DNA from: Elsinoe ampelina
Taxonomy: Eukaryota
Assembly (NCBI GenBank): GCA_010093995.1
Contig: ML992516.1
Location: forward strand, 371,413 to 435,412
Reading direction: 5' to 3'
DNA length: 64,000 nt
The notes under the pieces are model-generated. The model was not told the origin of the DNA. It did not search any database and saw nothing but the letters and a program-made list of their open reading frames with translations. Below, one piece after another: positions 23,359 through 35,986 of the stretch. Position 1 is the first letter of the stretch, and each line of letters starts with the position of its first letter. The translations under genes and the position numbers were made by a program.

Positions 23359-25233
23359 ATGATGCAGGCAAATGGGTATGAAGGCGAGTCGTCCGCTGGT
23401 CGGCCGACAAACTCTCCCACGAATGGTACCTTGCCCCTCCGACCTGGTATTCACGAAGCTGTCAACACTGCGTTTGACAAGTCGCCTGCAGGCGAACAAT
23501 ACGATCCAAATCTGGTCGCAGAGATTACAGAACATGTCCTCGATGCGCTAAAGGCAAAAGGCGTGTCGGCGCAACCACAAACACGATCTGATCCGACAGT
23601 GAATCGATCTAGTTCGTCCATCACTCCACAACAAACACCTCAATACGGTCCACGATCAGGGCAAGGCGAGGTACCACTTGCGCCTCTACATCCTGTACCA
23701 TCCGCCGCCCGACACGCCGTTCCCACCTCCCCTACCAGTCCGGCTTCATCGCAAATGCCTCCGAGGTATACCCCTCCATCACCTAACCGACACGAAATGT
23801 CAAGTCGAGGGTCGAGTTCACCTGAACCTCCACATTCAGAAGCAGGATCTTACGCCAGCAAAGATACAAGAGCAAGTAGAAGGGACAGCAAGTCATCCAT
23901 GTCGGGTCAGGAAGACATGGTCGGCTCCCGCCAACGACAACGGCCAGTCCGGATACCGTCGTCTGTCGAAGAGACATCCCTTGAGAAAGCGTGGCAGCCT
24001 CTATTCGAGAGCGGCAAGCCGACAGCCAGGCTGGGTCAGTTCCTGCGAGGTTTGGCCAAGCATCTTATCGAGGACTGCAAGCCAGCTGGCAGTGTTGTGG
24101 TCACGCCTGGCAAGCTCGCCGACTTTTTCGATACAACAAAGATGAAGGAGGAAATGTACCCTTGGACTTCCATCTTTGGTGGTCAGCTTACCAACTCCGC
24201 CATCTCAAGACTCTTCCTCGCTCTACGATGCCAACATCATCTGGTGCAATTCGGCTTGCAAGATGCGCCCAGCATTCCCGGTCTTACACCTCAAGGCTTC
24301 GAGACGTTCATGGTCCTTCTTATTCAAGCTCATCCTGATCAAGAGTTTCAACGACTCGACAAGGCTGCCAGAGATATGCCCATCAGCAACGCCGACTCGC
24401 CAAGTGAACGCTTCCCTAAGCAGCTGACCAGACGACTCTTTCCAATTTCTGGCGACTCTCAAGCTCAACAGAAATTGCAAGCAGCTGTTTCAGCAGACCC
24501 CAATGTTAAGCTCAACCACTCCAACCCTCTTCCACCTCCACCGCCTACTCAGCCACCCATGTCTTCATCTCAACATGGTTCATTCAGCGAGCGGGAACGT
24601 GCCCCTTACGCCGCCTCTGGAGCCTTCTCTTCCGCTATTGACGATGATGACCTTCGTGCAACATCAGGTCCTATCCCTATCGAGAGGGAACGTAAGCCGT
24701 ATGTCGCACGCGAAGGAAGCGGAAGAGTTTACGAAGAGTTCTCTGGTATACCTGGTAGCATGAAGTCAGACACTGGCTCCCGACCAATGCGAGCGAATTC
24801 AGCACTACCTGTCCAGCCACCCTTCCCACCAGCCAGCAGACCCACCGATATTCCCAACTCTGCACCGAGGAGTCACAGAATGTCGATGAATGGTGCTCCG
24901 AATCACCGGTACGGCGCGAGCCCAGCTCACAACATACACAACCCATACACCCGATCCGAAGGCAATCAAGTCAATCAGATACCGGCTGACTACTACGCCT
25001 CCAATATCAGAGACTATGACGACGATGGTCCACAGAGAAGAGACTCCAGGAGGACATTCCGGCGTCAGAACACTGAAGACGACATGACCCGAAGTTTTAA
25101 TGGTCGTGGTGCTCCTGTATCCGGCTATGAACATCCTTCAGGGTATGCACAACGCAGTCATGCCAGCTCGGATGCTTATGGCAGCTATCCTGGGCATATT
25201 CCACCGCCTCCACCACAGGTGCCTCGGTACTAG
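23359..25233 (+). CDS. Conserved fungal Pro/Ser-rich protein with a central globular domain (DUF7514-like)
   Basis: 624-aa ORF; core LFESGKPTARLGQFLRGLAKHLIED..VVTPGKL..YPW..CQHHLVQ..IPGLTPQGFE..LIQAHPDQE; IERERKPY motif. Confidence 0.75.
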   Translation: MMQANGYEGESSAGRPTNSPTNGTLPLRPGIHEAVNTAFDKSPAGEQYDPNLVAEITEHVLDALKAKGVSAQPQTRSDPTVNRSSSSITPQQTPQYGPRSGQGEVPLAPLHPVPSAARHAVPTSPTSPASSQMPPRYTPPSPNRHEMSSRGSSSPEPPHSEAGSYASKDTRASRRDSKSSMSGQEDMVGSRQRQRPVRIPSSVEETSLEKAWQPLFESGKPTARLGQFLRGLAKHLIEDCKPAGSVVVTPGKLADFFDTTKMKEEMYPWTSIFGGQLTNSAISRLFLALRCQHHLVQFGLQDAPSIPGLTPQGFETFMVLLIQAHPDQEFQRLDKAARDMPISNADSPSERFPKQLTRRLFPISGDSQAQQKLQAAVSADPNVKLNHSNPLPPPPPTQPPMSSSQHGSFSERERAPYAASGAFSSAIDDDDLRATSGPIPIERERKPYVAREGSGRVYEEFSGIPGSMKSDTGSRPMRANSALPVQPPFPPASRPTDIPNSAPRSHRMSMNGAPNHRYGASPAHNIHNPYTRSEGNQVNQIPADYYASNIRDYDDDGPQRRDSRRTFRRQNTEDDMTRSFNGRGAPVSGYEHPSGYAQRSHASSDAYGSYPGHIPPPPPQVPRY

Positions 25234-25924
25234 TCGACGCTACACCCTTTTGCAATACATTGGACATACTACTCTTCCACTTTGTCGAGCAGGCCCTCGC
25301 TTCTTTTCCTAGGCGGCAACTTGTATTATCACCACTACTCAGCATCGACAGTCCCACGGCACCTCCTTGTTTCCAACACCAATTTTAGAAATCTCCTTGG
25401 ATCAACCTTTCTTTTTTTTCATCATCTAGGATACCCGGGCCAAATCAACCCCAGCAACAGAAGCACATCATCCCACAAGCTTTTTTACGCTCAAACATCT
25501 ACAACACTTGCATCCACCGAAACAAACAGTACACATCTCCCGGCATGCCACCTTCCAAAGATGCGCATGGCGTCCATTGTACAGAAAGAGAGGACCTAAA
25601 ACGTCAATTTGTACGATAGACACTTTCCCTTGCCTTGCTTTTGAAGGCACGAGGGGAGGGATGTGGCGACACAGATATTGTTGATCGCGATATGAATGAT
25701 TTATCTTTGACTCGAGACGACTGAAGGAACGAGACACGACGGACGACGGCAGAGACAGGACGCGGGAGATGGCAGCACACTTCCAGTACAGAAGGGAATA
25801 CATCAAGTTTAACTCCATCTTTGTCCTCCATCTTGACCATGGTTTCTTCATCGTTCACCATCGTCCTGCGTGACCGTGCCCATCGCTTCCACCACCTTTC
25901 AACCTCCCCCCTCTGAACTGACTA

Positions 25925-26437
25925 CTACGCCCCAATATCCCCCCTCATCTCCCTCCCCCCTGCATACCCCTGCTTCCCCCTCTCCCTCTCCTCCCCTTCC
26001 CCCTCCCGTCCCGTCCCCGCCACCCCCTTACCACTCGTCCCCCCATACCCCCCTTCCTGCCCCGCCTCTCCCGAAAGAGTCGTCGTCTTCCCACCCATGC
26101 CCTGCTCCGAGATAGCTTGACCGTAGCGGATGTTGGCAGCGGTTTGCTCGCCGCGTTCGTGGTGGGGTTTGGTCTGGGTGGGGTCGAGGGAGTGCGAGGG
26201 CGCGGACGAGGGGTCTGAGGGGGCGGTGGAGAGTTGGCCTGTTGAGGTGGCGTGGGGTTTGTTGATGGTGTTGATTGAGGAGTACCTGACGATTGTGTTA
26301 GGAGGGGAGATAAAGGGGGGGGTAGTGGGAGGGGAGGAGGAGGGGAGAGGAATGATGGGGGCGAATGGGATGGGATGGGATGGGACGGACTGGTCTGATT
26401 CTCCGCCTGGTTCGGTGTCCATGAGGTTTTGAGACAT
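25925..26437 (-). CDS. Small hydrophilic Gly-rich fungal hypothetical protein (~135 aa after splicing)
   Basis: AANIRYGQAISEQGMGGKT motif; probable in-frame 105-nt intron 26286-26390. Confidence 0.65.
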   Translation of the reverse strand: MSQNLMDTEPGGESDQSVPSHPIPFAPIIPLPSSSPPTTPPFISPPNTIVRYSSINTINKPHATSTGQLSTAPSDPSSAPSHSLDPTQTKPHHERGEQTAANIRYGQAISEQGMGGKTTTLSGEAGQEGGYGGTSGKGVAGTGREGEGEERERGKQGYAGGREMRGDIGA

Positions 26438-26744
26438 GGTGGCTGGTGGGTGTCTGAGTGGACTTCGGGAGGATGAGATCAGCTGATATGGAATTGGAAA
26501 GTGAGATTGAAGATGTTTGTTTCAATTGCACAGAATGTTGAAGTCCCCAAAGCTCCCCATGCATGCGGAGCTCCTCAGCAAAAAAGCACTCGCAGCCATG
26601 ACGCAAGCGGGGTAAGCTACATCTTTTCTGATCTGCAAGGAACGCGAAACGCGTCGCCCTCGGGTCTTCCCATTGTCACTATGCTAGTCTAGATATACAG
26701 TGGTAACGCCTCGCTATGCATCCCATCATCCTCGTGAAACAGCT

Positions 26745-27964
26745 TCAGATATCCTCGTCAAAGTCGATGCCCATCAAAAGCGCCTCCGAGATGCGCATAA
26801 ACTTTGCGACAAACGCCTCGAGGTGGAAAATGACTTTCTGCGGCATCATCAGTATACTGCTCACATCGTGACTCGATATTGCGCTTACTGATCCTGTTCT
26901 GACCCTGTGCTCGTAAAATGCGGCCCACTTGACCACCTCTGTCTTTAGAGCATCATCGATCTTCGGCATGAGCGTGAATGTGAGCGTCTGGAGAGGTCAG
27001 TAATCGGTAATAGAGATGGACAACTGCCTGCCGACCTTGAGAATTGTGGTCGCCGGTATACAGTGCGTGAGCAAGTCGTACAGCTTCGCTCTGATCTTCA
27101 GAATCTGTGCCGGCGTATGTTCCTTGATCATGTCCTTTGCAATCTCTTCGATCAATGCCTCCCAATCCGGCGGAGGAATAGGCGTGGTCTCGCTCACGCT
27201 CTCGCTGTGCTTGTTAGCTGTCGGATCCAGTCTACCAGTGCTAGAGTCACAAACTTTTGTGCATGCACCGCCTCATACATCAACAGTGCTCGTCTCAAGT
27301 TCCTTCCGCTCTCCTTTGCAATCCTCTTTTCCAATCCCTCACATTTGGTATACTTCTCCTTGTCTCCCACCTTCCTCAGGACGCCCACAATTTCATCGAC
27401 GGTCGGAGCTGCTACCCTGACAAGCAGAGTCCTGCTCCTGATCGGTGCGATGATATTACTTGTGCTGCCGGCTACTAGGATCAATCTCAAGTTTGGCGAG
27501 TATTTCTCCATCGTTCGTCTCAGTGCCGCTTGCGCATCCCTGGTCAAGTGATCTGCCTCATTGATGACCACGACCTTGAATCTTTGTTTCGCCGCAATGT
27601 CTACTTGCTGTGTTTGTGCCACCTCTTTCAGCAGATCCTGGACCACAACACGATCGTAGTTTCCAACATCACTAGGTGTTATCTCGAGATGGTAGTTTGA
27701 CGATACGATATTAAATTCCAGCTTGCGATTTGAGGAGGTCTGGAACACGCGCGCATCAATCTTGATCTTCTCAACTCCAGGACCGTAGAGCGCGCGAAGT
27801 GTGGCCATGATGCGTGTCTTCTTTCCAGCTCCTGAAGGTCCGAAGAGGAGGAGATGAGGAAAGTCTCCAGAGGCGGCTAGTGATCGCAGGCGAGATGACA
27901 AGGAAGTGTGGTAGGAGAGAGCATCGAGAGACCTCGGACGGTGCTTGTCGACGAGGAGCGCCAT
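26745..27964 (-). CDS. RFC5: Replication factor C subunit 5
   Basis: MALLVDKHRPRSLDAL, GPSGAGKKT, INEADHLTRDAQAALRRTMEKYS, KVIFHLEAFVAKFM; introns 27205-27254, 26988-27035, 26838-26888. Confidence 0.95.
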
Positions 27965-28815
27965 GGTTGTTGTTCGCCGTGGTAGAAGTCGCAAGTGAAG
28001 TGTGGTGGAGTTGCAGGACGGTGCTTGACGCGCTGACGCGAAATTTTGGTGAGGCAATCATCTTGCCGTTTTGGGACAACCACCGTCGCCATCTTTGCTG
28101 CGCTTGCTCACATTTTCCTTTCTTGCACAACCACACATAACTTAATAATTCTCCACCTCTTGTTAATGTATACACAATCATTTAGCCATCACCAAGGTCC
28201 TAGAATGTTCAGTTTGCTGTCTTTCTGATACCGCGAAGCACTTCTGAGCACGACAGGACTGTGCTGCGAACACAACTTGTGCCTAGTGTCTCGACTCCGG
28301 GTAAACGAAGAAACAGGTCCATGTGAACAGTATAGCTTCATTGAAATCGACGACTCGACCACGCTCGACATTCAAGAAGGCAACGCGGCTCACAAGCTTC
28401 GAGCACACCATCACAGATGATCTGGCCCTCTGGACCTGCAGACTCTGCGCCAATTCGCCGGCCAGCGCATACCTCGTGACAAACTTGCAGAATTGATGAA
28501 CCTATTCAGGTAAAGTACCTTGTGGATCACATCAGCACCCGTACCTCCTTCGCCAATGAGGAAAGTCGAGCCCTCATGCTAATGAAATGGGTGGAGCATA
28601 AAAGGATGAGTGCCGGCCTCATTCATGTGCAGTCACCTGCCTTTTCTTTCCTGCTCTCATTCTGCTGCGCAATCTTCACACTTTCGTTGCCTCGGAAACC
28701 TTGCAGTCAGTTGAGGATCACTAAGATCGATCCTTCTGATCTCGCACGCTCACTGTTCGACCTACAAGACGAGTGACCATTATCATTCTCCACTAAACTT
28801 AGCCTTCATCACACC

Positions 28816-29172
28816 ATGGCAGAGACGATCGACCAAGCTCAACGGCAAGCAGAGGCCAAAGCCGCCGTGACCGCCACACTCAACTCTGTGGGCTCCAGCT
28901 ACGATGCAGACCTACAATCAAGGGCTTCCATACTTCAGGCTGGAGGCGAATCCATCGCCAGACAAGAGAAAGACGTTCAGAAAGGGACGCAGGCTCTCGC
29001 AAAGCATAATGACGAGTTTGAGAAGCTCATCAGCTCGACAACGAGATCTTTGAATGAAATTGGCGATGTCCAGAACTGGGCCGAGATGATTGAGAGAGAT
29101 CTGCTGGTGGTCGAGGAAACCTTGCGACTAGTCGAGGGCAGACCAGAGAGTGGCAACATTAGCGGGACCTGA
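28816..29172 (+). CDS. BLOC1S1: BLOC-1 complex subunit 1 (GCN5L1 family)
   Basis: 118-aa coiled-coil protein ending LNEIGDVQNWAEMIERDLLVVEETL. Confidence 0.82.
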   Translation: MAETIDQAQRQAEAKAAVTATLNSVGSSYDADLQSRASILQAGGESIARQEKDVQKGTQALAKHNDEFEKLISSTTRSLNEIGDVQNWAEMIERDLLVVEETLRLVEGRPESGNISGT

Positions 29173-29504
29173 TGGAGGTTGGGGTTTACCTGCGACAACA
29201 TTCAAGCAAGATGACGGGCAGTATACGCACCACGGACTGGTATATTGGAATCACAGGCACGCATAAATTATGCAGGACATTAGGGTTGCATGAATACCGA
29301 ACAACCATTCTTCGGCACAAAGATACGGTACCTACCTAGCTTGGCGGGGAATCTCCGCATCCAGTGGAGGGGTAAAGCTTCAACATCCCCGCTCTCATTT
29401 GTATACATTTATGGGGAGATTTGCTGTGCAGAATTGGGGTAAGACAAATCTGTGGGTTTACTCATCTCTCCTGCTCGAATCGGCCTTTTTGCCTACTTCT
29501 CAAG

Positions 29505-30516
<1,012 letters not shown>

Positions 30517-30685
30517 GGCATGTCTTATACGTGTGTGAGTGGCATTAGATATCCCGACGGTCTACTTTTCCTACCACAATTGCCGTCCTGCGTCCCATTC
30601 AAGGCCTCTCCTCGCATGTTCTTATTACTTCTCCTCATGCTCCCCAGCCCCGAGCACAACACTCTCCTCTGTGTCCGAAGTCTCC

Positions 30686-30880
30686 TCATTTGCCGTCGCT
30701 CTTTCCTCCTTCCTGTGTCTTCTCCGTGTCCTTCTTCTCATAATCCGGATGGGCGGTCCCCTTCTCGCTGCTTCCCTCCTTGTTTGGCTCGAAGACGGTA
30801 TTGCAGGAAGCACAATGAGCGTAATCTCCACTCGGGGTCATGTCTGCGCCGGCGCCGCATTCGGGACATTTGATGGCCAT
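30686..30880 (-). CDS. Putative zinc-ribbon microprotein (64 aa)
   Basis: MAIKCPECGAGADMTPSGDYAHCASCNTVFEP: two CxxC; good start context (AACAAC ATG G); lies between two + strand genes. Confidence 0.4.
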   Translation of the reverse strand: MAIKCPECGAGADMTPSGDYAHCASCNTVFEPNKEGSSEKGTAHPDYEKKDTEKTQEGGKSDGK

Positions 30881-31217
30881 GTTGTTCGACGTGACAGTAT
30901 GATGTGTTGGTCAAACGTGATTACTCCAGACAATAATGGGAAATGTAGAAGAATAGAAACACTATATCTCCACAACCCGTTCAGTACGCTCGATGACGAT
31001 ATGTGCGCCAGCGATCTGCTCCAAGATCAAATTCAATCCGAGCGAACCCCGCTGTCGGCCGCGATCTCCCCTCCTTCCTCTTTGAGTTTGCTCAATGGTT
31101 AGGTTGCCTTTTGCCGCAGATGAACGACCATTGACAATAAACATGACTTTGTGTAGAATCTTCAGGTGCTGCGTGAGATAGGTCAGTGTCAGAGGAAAAT
31201 ACTAATCCTACGCAACC

Positions 31218-32815
31218 ATGTCCTTGATCGCCAGAAGAGGATTGAGAGTCAACTCTTTCCGATTTGGATTCTCTCCACGGACCTCCAGTGCAGCGTCACT
31301 ACCAACATCACGATGCTTTACCACAACACCCACAAGATGGAAGGCCACAACGGACATGTCAGCTCAAGAGCTGGCTGGTCTCAAGGTCAAGCAAGATCGA
31401 CTTATGAATGATATCCACCACTCGTGTCAATGGGGCTTGGGAGAGCGATGGGGAGAGTAAGTAGCATTTCCCTTCTTCAAGTACAATCCACAATATCAGA
31501 AGGTAGAACGACCTTTCAAGTCATGCAATACCCTGTCCACACATCAGGTGCAGTGCCTGACACATCCAGCGCCGAAACAGAAACAGGCATGTCCCGCCTC
31601 TCCCTCTCCGACACGGACAAATCCGCCCGCGACTGGTTCATCTCCACCGTACACTCCCTCGGCTGCACCACCACAATCGACAGCATGGGCAACGTCTTCG
31701 CCATCCGACCTGGCACCTCCCTCGGCCCACCTACCTTCGCGGGGTCCCACCTCGACACTCAACCCACGGGCGGCCGCTACGATGGCATCCTCGGCGTCAC
31801 CGCGGGTATTGAAATGCTCCGCGTCCTTCACGAACACGATGTCCAAACCGCATTCCCCGTCGGCGTAGTCAACTGGACCAACGAAGAAGGCGCCCGCTTC
31901 CCCATCAGCATGGTCTCGTCCGGCGTCTGGGCCGGGGAAATCAAGGAATCCCACGCGCATAACCTACAGGAAGTCGGTGGTGGAACGGCGACGATGAAGT
32001 CTGAGCTGGAAAGCATTGGGTATCTCGGGACGACGAAGGCGAGTCACGAAGCGATTCCTATGGCTGCGCATTTTGAGCTGCATATTGAGCAGGGACCCAT
32101 CTTGGAGGCGGAGGGGAGGAAGGTGGGTGTGGTGCAGGGTGTGCAGGCTTATAAGTGGTTCACGATCGAAGTGAAAGGGAGGGATTGTCATACTGGGACG
32201 ACTAGCTTTGCGCATAGGGCTGATGCGATGTTGGCGGCGAGTAAGCTGATTGTGTACTCGCATCGGGTGGCGAAGAGGCATGGTGCGTTGGCCAGCACGG
32301 GGATTTTGAGATTGTGGCCTGGTAGTACGAATACTGTACCGGGAACGGTGAGGTTCAGTTTGGACATCAGGAGTCCGAGGGATGAGGTGGTCGAGGAGGT
32401 GGAGAAGGAGTGTAGAGCCGGATTCGAGAGGTTGGTCAAAGGGGAGGATGTCGATGGGATCAACAAGGACTTCCACGAGAGTGACCGCCATTGTGAAGTG
32501 AAGTGGACGACGGATAGTGTGAGTCCAGCGGTACTGTTCCACAAGGATACGATCAAGTGCGTAGAGAGTGCGACGAGGGACTTGTTTGGGGAGCAGGCTG
32601 AGGCCATGTCCAAGCCTATGACGAGCGGTGCGGGCCATGACAGTGTCTATACCAGTAAGAGGGTACCGACGAGCATGATCTTTGTGCCGTGTCGGGACGG
32701 TGTCAGTCATAACCCGGCAGAGTACTCAACACCGGAGGACTGTGCGATAGGGGCGCAAGTGTTGACCGGCGCGGTATTGCACTATGATCGATTGAGGGCG
32801 AGTAGAGATGATTAA
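31218..32815 (+). CDS. N-carbamoyl-L-amino acid hydrolase / beta-ureidopropionase (peptidase M20 family) with probable mitochondrial presequence
   Basis: GSHLDTQPTGGRYDGILG, WTNEEGARFP, HFELHIEQGP, SGAGHDS, SHNPAE; intron 31457-31569; R/S-rich N-terminus. Confidence 0.9.
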
Positions 32816-32873
32816 TAATGTCATTACATCCTGGGTATCTCATGACTGGTCGTTATCGTGATGGCAAAGTCGC

Positions 32874-33725
32874 TTACACGGCCTTGGCTTTGCCTTTGCC
32901 TTCATATGCTGGCTCTGTTTCCTCCTCGTCCTCGTCCTCGCTGAGATCCTCCTCATCCCAGCCAAAGAAGCTTCTCCCGCCGGCTTCGTCTACTTCCTCT
33001 CCTGAGCCAGACCCACTTCCTGAAGCCTCACCCACAACGTTCATCTCATCGCTACCTTCCTCCCCTTCGTCACTCTCGCTACCAGTCCGCCCCTCTCCCT
33101 CCAACTGCTTCATCATGGCCAGCACCGCCTCCCTCGTCTTGCTCTCTTCCTCTTCCTTCCTCTCCACCCACTCCCCATCCAGCCTCTGACGTTTCCTACC
33201 ACTCTTGATCTCCTCTTCCCGCTTCTCCGCAGCCTCGACGATACTCTCCCACCGCTTTCTCTTTTCCTCTCGCTCCTTCTTATCCATGTCCGGTTTAGTC
33301 GCTAGGTACTCTGCCAAAGCTTTGGCTTCCGTCACGGTACGCAGCCGTCGTCCATCGAGATTGCGGCTGGAAGCATTTGGGTCACGGTTGGTTTGCTTGT
33401 TTTTCCGCGAGGACATGCGACCACCCTGAGCGCGGAGTTGGGATCCGAAGCCACCTTTGCCGCCGGGCAGAGAGGAGGTGAGGCGGATAGGTAATATGGT
33501 AGAAGGACCATCTTGAAGAGAGGAGAGGGATGACTCGGATGATGGGTCTACCGCGCGGTTATCGGTGGTCGTGAGGATGAGATTGTCGGCGTGATCGGGA
33601 AGGCGAGTGGTGAGAAGATTGGTGAAGGCTGAGATGGGTAGATCAGCGCAGAAAGGTATAGACAGCGTTGAGGGAAGACCGAGTCCAGGAAAGCTGGTCA
33701 GCAGGATGTTAATGGTGTCGGCCAT
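32874..33725 (-). CDS. SDE2: Sde2, ubiquitin-fold-activated splicing/silencing factor
   Basis: N-terminal UBL followed by LPGGKGGFGSQLRAQGGRMS cleavage motif and SRNLDGRRLRTV. Confidence 0.9.
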   Translation of the reverse strand: MADTINILLTSFPGLGLPSTLSIPFCADLPISAFTNLLTTRLPDHADNLILTTTDNRAVDPSSESSLSSLQDGPSTILPIRLTSSLPGGKGGFGSQLRAQGGRMSSRKNKQTNRDPNASSRNLDGRRLRTVTEAKALAEYLATKPDMDKKEREEKRKRWESIVEAAEKREEEIKSGRKRQRLDGEWVERKEEEESKTREAVLAMMKQLEGEGRTGSESDEGEEGSDEMNVVGEASGSGSGSGEEVDEAGGRSFFGWDEEDLSEDEDEEETEPAYEGKGKAKAV

Positions 33726-33991
33726 GATCGGCATGTGATTGTGAACGAGTATGATCTTTCTTTGATGAAGTGATGCTGAGTTAAGGACGGAGGAGGCCGA
33801 TGTTGAACATGACTCGGTCGAGAAGCAAGTTTTCTTGGCACTTCTGCGGGACCGGCGAAACCATTTTTCCAGCGTTGACTTCTTGCCCACGCGCCTTGGC
33901 ATTCAAGATCTTTTGGGTGCGCCAGCTTGAACACTCCCGACTGCGACATCTTCACCAGTACCTTCATTCACAGCCATCTACAACCGTCAAG

Positions 33992-34722
33992 ATGTGAGCG
34001 CTTACCAGGAATGTAATTGCTATCCAATGCTAACATGTCCCAGGCTGATCCCCAAGGCCGACCGCAAGAAGATCCACGAGTACCTCTTCCGTGGTATGCA
34101 TTCACCAATCCTATGAAAAAAATATCAGGCGCGATAGGCAGTGCCTACAAACATTTCAAAAGGGAAAGGCTGACACACGGTCACCACAGAGGGCGTTCTC
34201 ACCGCAAAGAAGGAGTATGAAGGCCAGCATGGCGAGATTGATACCCGCAACCTCTACGTAAATATATCCCTTTCTGTCATGTCGCTCCGGCTGCCACGCA
34301 CACCAGCGATGTTTCCCTGGCAACTCTACTAACACTGTCGTCAGGTCGTCAAGGCTGCCCAGTCGCTCACCTCCCGCGGCTACCTCAAGACTCAATTCTC
34401 CTGGCAATGGTACTACTACACCTTGACCCCCGAGGGTCTCGACTACCTCCGCGAGTGGCTCCACCTCCCAGCAGAGATCGTTCCTCAGACACACATCAAG
34501 CAACAGCGTTCCCACGCACCACCTCGCGGCATGATGGGCGGTGACGAGCGTGAGAGGAGGCCTGGCGGACGTGGTGGTCCCCGTGGCGACAGGGGTGACA
34601 GGGGCGAGTACAGGAGACGTGACCAGGGTGAGGGTGGCAAGGAGGGTGGTGCGCCTGGCGAGTTTGCGCCTCAGTTCAGGGGTGGGTTCGGCCGTGGTAG
34701 GGGTGCGGCTCCTCCTTCGTAG
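33992..34722 (+). CDS. RPS10: 40S ribosomal protein S10 (eS10)
   Basis: Spliced [70 protein letters not shown]; introns 33994-34043, 34094-34189, 34258-34344. Confidence 0.96.
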
Positions 34723-35065
34723 AGTGGAGGCTTGGACGCTGCCCATACGGAGAATGTTGTGTCGGCGAAAAGTGATCACTCCGACTGGTGATGTATATCC
34801 GCCAGCGGTCATGCATGGTGCGGTTCACGGGTTGCTCTTCACGGCATAAGATGAGATGACCAATCATAAAAACGGACTTTTGCATCTTCACAACAAAACT
34901 CTCGCAGAGACGTGACATGCTTGTGTCGTGATCATATCCAATTATTCATAATTGACCTATCTACAAGAAGAATCATTAAACCTCTTCGACTCCTCGCTCG
35001 TAGTCCATAAAATCAGGTATCATTCTGCACCTTTCCCTCCACCCAACCCAACCCTCTGTCCATCA

Positions 35066-35986
35066 CTAAAGCACCCACCCAACAACAGCCACCACCGCAC
35101 CCACACCCATTCCCATCCCCACATCCCTCCCCCTCACACCCGCCCCCGTCGTCGGCGCCGCCGTAGTCGTAGCAGCCGACGCCGTCGACGCAACTCTGCT
35201 CGTGACACTACTCGCGCCACTCGCCACGCTGCTGGTGAAGCTACTCACGCCCGAAGCGGCCGAGCTTGTCACGCTGCTGAACCCCGAACTCACGTCGGAC
35301 GCGACGCTGCTCGCTGCGGAAGTGATGGTGCTGCCTGCGCCTGACGCTGCTGACGAGAGGGAGGAGACGGCCGAGCTAGCGGAGGCGGAGATGGAGGAGA
35401 GGTCTGATGACGCTGATGCTGAGGCGGAGGAGAGGTCGGAGGAGATGCTCGCTGAGGCGGAGGAGAGGGCTGAGGAGGCGGACGCGGTGATGGTTGAGAA
35501 GGCCGAGGAGGCGGATCCTGATGCCGAGGAGATGCCGGAGGAGATGGAGGAGACTTCGGTGCCGCTTGGGAGGGGCACGGGGATGACCACTGGGACGGAG
35601 TTGGTGCCGATTGCTGAGGCGGTGGTGGGGCCGATAGGGGAGGGGGCGACGTTGGTGACTGTCGGGAGGGAGACGGTGCCTGGGACTGATGGGGCGGAGG
35701 GGAGGGGTTGGAGGGAGAGAGTGGTGGCTGAGTTGACGAAGCTGGAGGGGTAGGGGACTGTTTGGGTGGAGAGAGCGGATTGGAGGACCGAGAGGGCGTT
35801 GGGGGGGCCGAGGATGGTGACGGGGACGACGACGGGAGCGGTGAGGGTGGTGAAGGAGACGCCGGCTGAGATTTGGTCGGGGAAGAGTGTGATGGGCATG
35901 ATCATTGTTTGGCCGCTGGCGGGGGGATCTTGTGCATAGACGAACACGGGTAGCGCGGTGAGCGCGAGGCCGAGGGAGAAACGCAT
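35066..35986 (-). CDS. Secreted Ser/Thr/Ala-rich, probably GPI-anchored cell-wall protein
   Basis: Signal peptide MRFSLGLALTALPVFVYAQ, long S/A/T tract, hydrophobic C-terminus GMGVGAVVAVVGWVL. Confidence 0.8.
   Translation of the reverse strand: MRFSLGLALTALPVFVYAQDPPASGQTMIMPITLFPDQISAGVSFTTLTAPVVVPVTILGPPNALSVLQSALSTQTVPYPSSFVNSATTLSLQPLPSAPSVPGTVSLPTVTNVAPSPIGPTTASAIGTNSVPVVIPVPLPSGTEVSSISSGISSASGSASSAFSTITASASSALSSASASISSDLSSASASASSDLSSISASASSAVSSLSSAASGAGSTITSAASSVASDVSSGFSSVTSSAASGVSSFTSSVASGASSVTSRVASTASAATTTAAPTTGAGVRGRDVGMGMGVGAVVAVVGWVL

Noticed and set aside
28200..28780. Coding-like stretch between RFC5 and the BLOC-1 gene
   Set aside because: Interrupted by stops, with no clear start, splice model or family motif.
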